From Thermoplasmatota archaeon (GTDB lineage Archaea > Thermoplasmatota > Penumbrarchaeia > Penumbrarchaeales > Penumbrarchaeaceae), in contig JARVGK010000006.1 of the NCBI GenBank assembly GCA_029762535.1, positions 1 to 64,000 on the forward strand: 64,000 bases of DNA, read 5' to 3'. Below, piece after piece: positions 1 to 8,237 of the stretch. The notes beneath the pieces are model-generated. The model saw only the letters and a program-made list of their open reading frames with translations, did not search any database and was not told the DNA's origin. A program made the position numbers and the translations under genes. How positions within the stretch are numbered: the stretch's first letter is position 1; every line of letters starts with the position of its first letter.

Positions 1-735
1 ATATGGGCCTTCACATACCAGGGAGAGAAGAAGACCCTTGAAGGTGAAGTGGTCAGTTTCAAGTTCGATGAGGCTGGAGAATATCAAATAATACTCTCCG
101 TGTTCGATCTTGCGGACAACTACGGTGATGACAAGGTAGTGATCAATGTGGTGGATACAGGAATCTTGAAGGGAACCGTAAGGGATAAGGATGGGGATCC
201 TGTCCCGGGCGCAACCTTTGAGGTCCTAGCTTCCGATGGGAAGACATACACGGCCACAACATTGTCCGACGGCTCCTTCTCTTTGGAGATCCCTCATGGA
301 CCGTTCTCTTGGAAGATAATGAAAGACGGGTATAAACCGATAACCGGGACGGGATCCATTAATGCATTGGAGGAGAAGGATCTCGATCTGTCGGGATCCG
401 CTCTTGAGAAAGAAGAAGGAAGTTCTTTCCCGATTATGTTGGTGGTGATCCCCGCGATCATCATACTGTTACTGATAGTGGGGATCGTTCTTTTCCTGGT
501 TCTGAGGAAGAAGAAGGAAGAACCGCAAGAAGAGACCGAAAAGATAGAAGTAGAAAAAGAAGAGCCCGAGTCCTCACTCGAGGGATCGATCCCACCTGAG
601 GATTCGGAATTCACACAGCCCCCTCCTGTAATGGAAGAAGATGAGGAGGAGATCGGGGAAGAAGCGGATCCTTTCTCCGAGGAGGGATCCCGGGATCTGA
701 GGGATCTCCTTGAAGACGATTCAGTATCCGGATGA
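1..735 (+). CDS. PKD/carboxypeptidase-regulatory-like domain surface protein, C-terminal part (5'-truncated by window edge)
   Basis: Frame is open from base 1 (IWAFTYQGEKKTLEGEV...). It shows a PKD end, a GILKGTVRD..GDPVPGA Ig-like domain, a hydrophobic TM followed by RKKK, and an acidic tail. Paralogous to the C-termini of the next two genes. Confidence 0.8.
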   Translation: MWAFTYQGEKKTLEGEVVSFKFDEAGEYQIILSVFDLADNYGDDKVVINVVDTGILKGTVRDKDGDPVPGATFEVLASDGKTYTATTLSDGSFSLEIPHGPFSWKIMKDGYKPITGTGSINALEEKDLDLSGSALEKEEGSSFPIMLVVIPAIIILLLIVGIVLFLVLRKKKEEPQEETEKIEVEKEEPESSLEGSIPPEDSEFTQPPPVMEEDEEEIGEEADPFSEEGSRDLRDLLEDDSVSG

Positions 736-798
736 TAATGATCGGAAAGATCAAGACATATAATAAAGCGAAATATCATTGCACATGTACAAAATAGG

Positions 799-807
799 TT
801 TTTATAT
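799..807 (+). promoter_or_regulatory. Putative archaeal TATA box
   Basis: TTTTTATAT preceded by A-rich sequence, about 33 nt upstream of the GTG at 840. Confidence 0.4.
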
Positions 808-839
808 CATATTATGGCTGGATCGACCCAGAGACAGGT

Positions 840-3800
840 GTGGGTAGAAAGATGCCGTATAAAGGATCGAAGGGATCGTTATTCCGACATCGTCCTTGCA
901 GATACAAGCTGATATCGGTCGGATCCCTCATCGCGATCCTTCTTCTCTCATCGATCCCCCTGTCTTCTTCCGATGTCGCGGAGGCGAAGGACGGGTATTT
1001 CGCCAGCGGATCCGGCGTGAGGCTTGATCCGTACATTATCGAGGATGTGCTGGACCTTCAGGCCATGGGTCGCTTCCCGGATCTCCACTACGCCCTGCTA
1101 AACGACATAGACGCTAACATTACAAGAGAATGGAACTCCGGGGCGGGGTTCGATCCCGTGGGAACAAGAGAGAAACCGTTCACGGGATCTTTGGACGGCA
1201 GAAACATGGAGATAACGGGATTGTACATCGACCGCCCCGATAGAGGGGATGTCGGGCTCTTCGGATCCCTTGGATCCGAATCCTTCGTCAAGGGCGTTCG
1301 ACTTGAAAACGTCGAAGTAAAAGGTTATAGCTCCGTCGGTGCCCTGGCCGGGCGAAGCGATCGCGGGATGGTATCCAAGGTAAGCGCCCGGGGTTCCGTC
1401 GAGGGTGGAGGGGAGAGAATAGGCGGGATCGTCGGACTCAATCTCGGGACCGTCGCCAACTGCATAACACATATCACCATTCTATCTTCGGAGTCTGATT
1501 CGGGAGGCATCGTTGGGAAGAACGACGGGGGATCGGTCCTGTATTCGATCTCCAACGGGGACGTTGAAGGCGGCACGGCTACGGGCGGCATCGTCGGATT
1601 GAACGTCAAGGGAGAGATCTACGAGTGCGGCTCTTCATCCCAGGTGTACGGTACAATCGGCGTCGGAGGCGTGGTTGGTTGGAACGAGGAAGGTTCGATC
1701 GACCTGTGCTTCTTTCAAGACCGCGTCGAAGGCCTGCAGTACGTCGGAGGGATAACGGGATCGAACTACAGGGGAGTGGTATCCAACTCCCATTCCGACG
1801 GGAACGTATTCGGCACTAACAGGTACTGCGGCGGGATCTCAGGGCGTAACCAGGAAGGTTCTGTCGTGAACTCCCATTACAACATCGACGGAGTACTGAT
1901 CAACGGAGGCGATCACGTTACCATCGGAGGACTCTTCCAAGGCCAGTACAACGACTGGATCGAGAACGGATTCGCCCTGAACATCATCGATTATTCAGAA
2001 ACGCTCATACCTTGCGGGGGACATTTCGAAATATACAGCGTTCAGGGGTTGAAAGACCTTCTAGGGTTCTCAGACAGGAAGGGAGCAAGGTTCCTCTTGA
2101 GGTCCGACCTGGACCTCCATGATCATCCCGGATTCCATATCCCCTATCTGGGAGGGTGCGAATTCGACGGCGGGGGGAATGTTATCTCCAACCTCCGTAT
2201 CGATCTCCCCTTCTCCGAGAACGTAGGGCTGTTCGGTCACAACGACGGCGGGACGATAATGAACCTGGGGTTATATGGGTCGCGCGTCAACGGCACGTTC
2301 AGGGTTGGAGGGCTGGTCGGTAACAACAACGGAACCGTTATGAACTGCCATATAGAGGGTGAACTGACCGGAATGAACTACGTCGGAGGCCTCATCGGCG
2401 TGAACCATGCACAGGTCCGATCTTCCTGTTCTTCGGGTCAGGTTCGTGGTGAGGAGTCCGTCGGGGGTCTCTTGGGCCAGAACGTCGCGGGCTCGGTCCT
2501 GGACTGCTACTCCATTGCGGATGTTCGGGGTTTTGGAGCTAACGTCGGAGGCCTCATCGGTGCAAACTGGGCACCAGTGGAACGCGTTTACTCGACCGGA
2601 TCGGTCGAAGGCAGCGGTGTGATGACCGGGGGCCTCATAGGCCTCAACGTCAACGATCAGAACCTGAACAGCTGCTTCTGGGACATACTGACCTCCAGTA
2701 CCGACATCGGCATCGGCGGTGGATCCACCCGAGGGGCGCTGGGTTCTAGCACGCCCGTTATGAAGATGAAGGGCACTTACAGCGATTGGGACCTGACGAC
2801 TACCTGGTGCATGCTCGATCAGATAACCTATCCATATTTCAAATTCCAGGACAGGACACCTCCAAGAGCGGTTGCCGGGTCTGACCAGTTTGTTGATGAA
2901 GGCGTATACGTGGTCTTTGACGGCAGCGCAAGCGATGACAACATCGGTATCGATAACTACACATGGACCATCGATAACGAGGACGCTGTCCTTTACGGCA
3001 AGCATCCCGCTCATCGTTTTCCGATTGGGGGCGTTTACACGGTGATGCTCAACGTGAGCGATCCCTCCGGCAACCGGGATACTGATATTATGATCGTCTC
3101 GGTCAGGGACATCACGCCGCCCGTGGCGGAGGCCGGAGAGGACCTTTTAGTTGATAAGGGGGCGCATGTCGTCTTTAACGGCAGCTCGTCCAGAGATGCG
3201 CAGAAGATCGTCAATTATACCTGGACCTTCGAATACGGAAAGGCGATCGTCGTTCTCTTCGGGGTGATAAACGGGTTCACCTTCAACGTCGTGGGCATCT
3301 ATCCTGTGAGACTGAGGGTCTCCTATCCTTCCGGATCGTTCTCAGAAGATGTTATGAACCTGACGGTGAGGGATGCTTCGATCCGCCTTGCTAATGCCGG
3401 GGAGGATCTCATCGTCCCCATCGGGACCGAGGTCATCCTGAACGGGGCCTTCTCGCTCGATGATGCGCAGGTGAAAATGTTCTCATGGAGGTTCGAATAC
3501 AATGAAAGCGTCAGGACCATATACGGCCGATCGCTCGCGTTCACCTTCGATATCAGTGGAAGATACGATGCGAAGCTGAGGGTCCAAGATGTATACGGCA
3601 ATATCTTCGATGATACCGTCTCTATAACCGTCATCGACACGGGGATCGTCAAGGGGATCGTCCTTGACGAGAATGGGGATCCCGTTAAAGGGGCTCAAGT
3701 GAAGATCACGGCTTCGAACGATGAGGAATATTCCATCGAAACAGGAACGAACGGATCGTTCTCTCTTGAGATCTTCCACGGCCCCTTCTCATGGATCGTT

Positions 3801-4022
3801 GCCAAAGACGGATATGAACACATCTACGGGGATGGAGAAATAGCCCCGATGGAGGAGATGTTCCTGGACCTATCCGGGGATCCCATGGTCAGGGAGAGGG
3901 GATCCGGATCCCTTATCCTCATACTCCTCCTTATTTCGATCATGGCCCTTGCCGCGGCGGGGATCGCAATGTTCCTCCTTCGGAGGAAGAAAGGGGATAC
4001 CCTTGAAAATGTATCGAGGTGA
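840..4022 (+). CDS. GLUG-motif and PKD-domain cell-surface protein
   Basis: Signal peptide, GSG..DPYII start, many VGGLVG/GGIVG (GLUG) repeats, about 3 PKD domains (AxAG.D, NYTWTF), an Ig-like domain and a C-terminal TM followed by RRKK. Confidence 0.85.
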   Translation: MGRKMPYKGSKGSLFRHRPCRYKLISVGSLIAILLLSSIPLSSSDVAEAKDGYFASGSGVRLDPYIIEDVLDLQAMGRFPDLHYALLNDIDANITREWNSGAGFDPVGTREKPFTGSLDGRNMEITGLYIDRPDRGDVGLFGSLGSESFVKGVRLENVEVKGYSSVGALAGRSDRGMVSKVSARGSVEGGGERIGGIVGLNLGTVANCITHITILSSESDSGGIVGKNDGGSVLYSISNGDVEGGTATGGIVGLNVKGEIYECGSSSQVYGTIGVGGVVGWNEEGSIDLCFFQDRVEGLQYVGGITGSNYRGVVSNSHSDGNVFGTNRYCGGISGRNQEGSVVNSHYNIDGVLINGGDHVTIGGLFQGQYNDWIENGFALNIIDYSETLIPCGGHFEIYSVQGLKDLLGFSDRKGARFLLRSDLDLHDHPGFHIPYLGGCEFDGGGNVISNLRIDLPFSENVGLFGHNDGGTIMNLGLYGSRVNGTFRVGGLVGNNNGTVMNCHIEGELTGMNYVGGLIGVNHAQVRSSCSSGQVRGEESVGGLLGQNVAGSVLDCYSIADVRGFGANVGGLIGANWAPVERVYSTGSVEGSGVMTGGLIGLNVNDQNLNSCFWDILTSSTDIGIGGGSTRGALGSSTPVMKMKGTYSDWDLTTTWCMLDQITYPYFKFQDRTPPRAVAGSDQFVDEGVYVVFDGSASDDNIGIDNYTWTIDNEDAVLYGKHPAHRFPIGGVYTVMLNVSDPSGNRDTDIMIVSVRDITPPVAEAGEDLLVDKGAHVVFNGSSSRDAQKIVNYTWTFEYGKAIVVLFGVINGFTFNVVGIYPVRLRVSYPSGSFSEDVMNLTVRDASIRLANAGEDLIVPIGTEVILNGAFSLDDAQVKMFSWRFEYNESVRTIYGRSLAFTFDISGRYDAKLRVQDVYGNIFDDTVSITVIDTGIVKGIVLDENGDPVKGAQVKITASNDEEYSIETGTNGSFSLEIFHGPFSWIVAKDGYEHIYGDGEIAPMEEMFLDLSGDPMVRERGSGSLILILLLISIMALAAAGIAMFLLRRKKGDTLENVSR
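3610..3984 (+). repeat. Direct repeat copy 1 (~375 bp, C-terminal anchor module)
   Basis: Matches 6838-7212 with about 9 mismatches by manual comparison. Confidence 0.95.
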
Positions 4023-4028
4023 TCGTAA

Positions 4029-7000
4029 ATGATTTCGGAAAGACCGATAACTATCATAATTCTCGGGATGCTTCTGCTTTGTGTATTTCCAATAATGGAA
4101 GCGGAGAAAGCCCAAGGCAAGGACGGATCCTTCGGAGGTGGATCCGGGACGAAGGGGGATCCCTACATCATCGAAGATGTGTGGGATCTTCAGAATATTA
4201 GAGAGAATCTGACTGCTCATTACGTTCTCGGGAACGATATCGACGCTTCCGACACCATCAACTGGAACTCAGGGGCGGGGTTCGATCCCATTGGATCAAG
4301 TTGGTATACATATCCGATAATAGGAACACCTTTCACAGGAAGCTTGAATGGTCAGAACCATACTATCAGAGGATTATTTATCAACCGCTCTAGCTATGTC
4401 GGGCTCTTCGGAGAAATTGACCAAAAAGGAGTGGTTAAGGATCTTATCCTTTTGGATATCATTATATTTGGTACAAATAAGGTCGGAGGGATTGCAGGTT
4501 CTTTTGGGGGTGGTTTTTTAACAAACTGCCATGCGTATGGGAACGTTAGTGGTGGTATCAATGGAACAGGTGGCCTTATTGGATATAACGCGAGGGAAAT
4601 AACTCATTGCTCCTTTTCTGGGAAGGTGAGTGGAATCTCCGTAATTGGGGGGCTCGTAGGAATCAATAATCAGGGTCATATAGAGAACTGCCGGGCTTCA
4701 GTATCTGTTATAGAAAAAGGAGCAAACGTCGGTGGCCTCATAGGGAGAAATTATGGTTCTGTGGTTAAGTGTCAAGTCGTCGGCAGCGTCATCGGAGATA
4801 GAATTGTGGGAGGTCTCGTAGGCGAGAACTATATTGGGGTTATATCTCAAAGTTACTCCAAGGCAAACGTCAGCGGATGTCATAGGGTCGGTGGATTGGT
4901 TGGATGGGAGAGGGAGGGGTGGTTATCAAACTCCTATGCCATGGGAAGCGTTACCCGGCTTTCCGGTACGAATCAGAGCATCGGAGGGTTCGTCGGTTGG
5001 AATTCTCATAGTCAGATACTCAACTCCTATTCCACGGGCAAGGTGATCTATAATGGTTCCATCAACCCTGACAACAAGGGATTCGCAGGAATCGTATATA
5101 CAGGAAATGGGTCCTGGATGAGAGGTAACTTCTGGGATAACCAGACCAGCATGCAAAAGACCACGTCCGGAATCGCCACCGGTAAGAACACATCGGCAAT
5201 GAAGACAAGGGAAACGTTCAAACAAGCGGGATGGGATCTTAAAAGGGTCTGGTGTATGAACGATCATGTGACATATCCTCTGTTGAGATGGAATGAGAAA
5301 TTCCCCACATCGAACGCCGGACCCGATCAGACCGTTGATGAAGGGACCGTGGTGATGTTCGATGGATCGGCAAGCATCGACGATCGTGGGATCACGAACT
5401 ATACATGGATGATCACCGATGAAAAAACCGTGACTCTGTATGGCGCGACCAACTCATATAAATTCAATCGGCCTGGAATTTTCTTGGTATCCCTTTATGT
5501 AAAAAACGAATTGGGAAACATGGATGAGGATACCGTGAAGGTCATCGTATCCGATATAACCCCTCCCATTGCTGATGCGGGTCCGGATCAGATCGTGGAG
5601 AAGGGTACTTACGTACAATTTAACGGCAGCCAGAGTACGGACAATGTCGGGGTCGTTCATTATGAATGGACCTTTTTCATCGGAGAACCGATAAAGATCA
5701 ACGGTATTCTACCGACCCATCTATTCAACAGCTATGGTGTTTTCGAAGTGACATTGAACGTTACGGATGCCGCAGGGTTTTGGGATAGGGATAACATGAA
5801 GGTCATCGTATCGGACCTGACACCTCCCAAAGCGGTGGCTGGCAACGATCTAAATGTGAACGAAGGGGCCGCGGTCACTTTCGACGGCAGCCAGAGTACG
5901 GACAATGTCGGGATCGTGAACTGGACATGGACCATATATGATATTGATCCCGTCATTCTCTATGGCGTCCGGGTAACGTACCGGTTCAACAACCCAGGCC
6001 AGTTCGTCATTCACCTCAACGTATCGGACCAAAAAGGCAATTGGAACACCGATTCACTAACTGTTACAGTTAACGATATCAGCCCACCGGTAGCATCAGC
6101 GGGACAGGACCGGATAGTTGATGAAGGGACCATCGTGATATTCGATGGAAGCGGCTCTTACGATAACGTGCAAATTATAAACTACACATGGAAATTCAAC
6201 GATGGGGATATCATAACGCTCTATGGCGCCAGACCTGTCTACCGCTTCGACCATCCCGGTTCATTCACCGTGACCCTGATGGTGATCGATCCTTCGGGTC
6301 ATTGGCATTCAGATATAGTCATCATCACCGTCCGGGATACAACACTTCCCATGGCAGTTGCAGGATCGGATATATACATCGACCAGGGAATGACCGCATA
6401 TTTTAATGGCAGCGGAAGCTCTGACAACGTCGGGATCGCATACTACAACTGGACGTTCGATCACGGATCAGAGAGGGTCGCTCTATCCGGGATCTCCCCT
6501 ATCTTCAAATTCGACATACCGGGAACATATAATGTCATACTAAATGTCACCGACACCTCAGGCCTATGGCACGAAGATACCATTACCGTTTACGTAACGG
6601 ATACGATCCCTCCCGTTGCGAACGCCGGAGAGGATAGAACGTTACCCGCAGGGATCGTCGTTATCTTCAACGGTTCACTCTCAAGTGATAATCACGTAAT
6701 AAAAAGCCACATATGGACATTCTCATACGATGGCGAAGAAAAAACATTCGAGGGAGAGACATTCGAATTTACTTTTGATTCGGGAGGAGTGTACAGGATA
6801 TTGCTCACCGTCATCGACCAATTCGATAATCGGGATAATGATACCGTCTCTATAACCGTCATCGACACGGGGATCGTCAAGGGGATCGTCCTTGACGAGA
6901 AGGGGGATCCCGTCAAAGGGGCTCAAGTGAAGATCACGGCTTCGAACGATGAGGAATATTCCATCGAAACAGGAACGAACGGATCGTTCTCTCTTGAGAT

Positions 7001-7259
7001 CTTCCACGGCCCCTTCTCATGGACCGTGACCAAAGACGGATATGAACACATCTACGGGGATGGAGAAATAGCCCCGATGGAGGAGATGTTCCTGGACCTA
7101 TCCGGGGATCCCATGGTCAGGGAGAGGGGATCCGGATCCCTTATCCTCATAATCATCATTATTTCGATCATGGTCCTTGCCGCGGCGGGGATCGCAATGT
7201 TCCTCCTTCGGAAAAGGAGGGAAGATCCCGACAGCATCGAGACATCGAAGGAGGAATAA
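4029..7259 (+). CDS. GLUG-motif and PKD-domain cell-surface protein
   Basis: SD GGTGA upstream, signal peptide, GLUG repeats, about 6 PKD domains (F.GS.S.DNVGI..Y.W.F) and a C-terminal TM followed by RKRR. Confidence 0.85.
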   Translation: MISERPITIIILGMLLLCVFPIMEAEKAQGKDGSFGGGSGTKGDPYIIEDVWDLQNIRENLTAHYVLGNDIDASDTINWNSGAGFDPIGSSWYTYPIIGTPFTGSLNGQNHTIRGLFINRSSYVGLFGEIDQKGVVKDLILLDIIIFGTNKVGGIAGSFGGGFLTNCHAYGNVSGGINGTGGLIGYNAREITHCSFSGKVSGISVIGGLVGINNQGHIENCRASVSVIEKGANVGGLIGRNYGSVVKCQVVGSVIGDRIVGGLVGENYIGVISQSYSKANVSGCHRVGGLVGWEREGWLSNSYAMGSVTRLSGTNQSIGGFVGWNSHSQILNSYSTGKVIYNGSINPDNKGFAGIVYTGNGSWMRGNFWDNQTSMQKTTSGIATGKNTSAMKTRETFKQAGWDLKRVWCMNDHVTYPLLRWNEKFPTSNAGPDQTVDEGTVVMFDGSASIDDRGITNYTWMITDEKTVTLYGATNSYKFNRPGIFLVSLYVKNELGNMDEDTVKVIVSDITPPIADAGPDQIVEKGTYVQFNGSQSTDNVGVVHYEWTFFIGEPIKINGILPTHLFNSYGVFEVTLNVTDAAGFWDRDNMKVIVSDLTPPKAVAGNDLNVNEGAAVTFDGSQSTDNVGIVNWTWTIYDIDPVILYGVRVTYRFNNPGQFVIHLNVSDQKGNWNTDSLTVTVNDISPPVASAGQDRIVDEGTIVIFDGSGSYDNVQIINYTWKFNDGDIITLYGARPVYRFDHPGSFTVTLMVIDPSGHWHSDIVIITVRDTTLPMAVAGSDIYIDQGMTAYFNGSGSSDNVGIAYYNWTFDHGSERVALSGISPIFKFDIPGTYNVILNVTDTSGLWHEDTITVYVTDTIPPVANAGEDRTLPAGIVVIFNGSLSSDNHVIKSHIWTFSYDGEEKTFEGETFEFTFDSGGVYRILLTVIDQFDNRDNDTVSITVIDTGIVKGIVLDEKGDPVKGAQVKITASNDEEYSIETGTNGSFSLEIFHGPFSWTVTKDGYEHIYGDGEIAPMEEMFLDLSGDPMVRERGSGSLILIIIIISIMVLAAAGIAMFLLRKRREDPDSIETSKEE
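6838..7212 (+). repeat. Direct repeat copy 2 (~375 bp)
   Basis: Near-identical to 3610-3984. Confidence 0.95.
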
Positions 7260-7261
7260 TA

Positions 7262-7307
7262 GGATCCCTCATGATCACTCCTCGGAGGAGGGGATCCCGT
7301 TCTTTGA
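7262..7307 (+). repeat. 46-bp direct repeat, left copy (att-like)
   Basis: GGATCCCTCATGATCACTCCTCGGAGGAGGGGATCCCGTTCTTTGA matches 8192-8237 at 44/46 positions. Confidence 0.95.
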
Positions 7308-7326
7308 TTGTTCTTAACCAAATTCA

Positions 7327-7355
7327 TTTATATCAGATAGTAGCATTATACTATC
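7327..7355 (+). promoter_or_regulatory. TATA box plus inverted-repeat operator of the TA operon
   Basis: TTTATAT (7327-7333) is followed by GATAGTA-N6-TACTATC (7336-7355), just upstream of ATG 7367. Confidence 0.6.
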
Positions 7356-7366
7356 AGTTGATATAC

Positions 7367-7666
7367 ATGGCTACCCAGGTCAACGTCAGGCTCGATGACG
7401 ATCTCATACAGGAGATGGATTCCCTTGCAAGGGTAATGCGTCTTTCAAGAACGGAATACATAAGGTTGAGACTGGCCCAGGCCGTCCAGAATGATTCTTT
7501 GAACATGACCGATGTCATCGTTCTTGAATACGCCAAAGGTCGAATAGACGATGAAGAGCTAAAAGAATTGCTAGGCGATGATGCGGAGGATATCAAATTC
7601 ATCATCGAGCATATTCGAAAGGGTAAGAAAAAGATAGATGACCTCATCGAAAGGGATATTCTATGA
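7367..7666 (+). CDS. Ribbon-helix-helix (CopG-like) antitoxin
   Basis: MATQVNVRLDDDLIQEMDSLARVMRLSRTEYIR is an RHH signature. The gene overlaps the PIN gene by ATGA. Confidence 0.8.
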   Translation: MATQVNVRLDDDLIQEMDSLARVMRLSRTEYIRLRLAQAVQNDSLNMTDVIVLEYAKGRIDDEELKELLGDDAEDIKFIIEHIRKGKKKIDDLIERDIL

Positions 7667-8145
7667 GGCCGACTATCGGAATGGACACTTCGGCCATGGT
7701 ATCCTTGGGGCACACGGACATAGTTTCGGATATCGTCGATAATTATCAGATTGTCATATCCAGAGGAGTTCTATTCGAGCTAAAAGAGATAGCTAATAGA
7801 GATGATCCCGATGGCAGATCGGCGAAGAAGTGGTTGTCGTTTATGGATATGTTTTTAATCATGGAATCCACAGCCCATGATAACGCAGAGGATGATATGC
7901 AGGAGATATGCTTACGTGAAGACATCGTGTTGTTCACAGATGATGTACGCTGGTTGAAAAGATACAAAGGAAAAGTAGATTGTTTCTTCAGTGTTCATAT
8001 TCTTTATCTCCTCTATCGAAAAGGGTTAATATCCCTTGATGAAGCATTAATTTCATTATCCCTTATGAGAAATGAGAGGGACTGGAGGGACAATGTGATC
8101 ATCATATCTGCAAGAACTCTTTTTAAACATGAGTTGGAGATATGA
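7663..8145 (+). CDS. PIN-domain (VapC-like) toxin/ribonuclease
   Basis: N-terminal DTS motif, ELxE and a later LFTDD acidic motif typical of PIN domains; lies downstream of the RHH gene. Confidence 0.75.
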   Translation: MRPTIGMDTSAMVSLGHTDIVSDIVDNYQIVISRGVLFELKEIANRDDPDGRSAKKWLSFMDMFLIMESTAHDNAEDDMQEICLREDIVLFTDDVRWLKRYKGKVDCFFSVHILYLLYRKGLISLDEALISLSLMRNERDWRDNVIIISARTLFKHELEI

Positions 8146-8191
8146 TAAGACCCGCCAATGGTCAGTTACTTCGATGGATATCCTTGCTTAT

Positions 8192-8237
8192 GGATCCCTC
8201 AGGATCACTCCTCGGATGAGGGGATCCCGTTCTTTGA
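8192..8237 (+). repeat. 46-bp direct repeat, right copy (contains the DOMON gene stop codon)
   Basis: Matches 7262-7307 and encodes SKNGIPSSEE* on the minus strand. Confidence 0.95.

Larger units (their letters stand above)
7262..8237. mobile_element. Minimal integrated toxin-antitoxin cassette bounded by direct repeats
   Basis: An RHH + PIN gene pair sits between 46-bp direct repeats that duplicate the 3' end of the DOMON gene. The interior is AT-richer and GATC-poor. No integrase is present. Confidence 0.65.

Noticed and set aside
7271-7366. N-terminal extension of the RHH antitoxin given in the ORF track
   Set aside because: It runs through the direct repeat, TATA box and operator; the RHH fold begins at ATG 7367.
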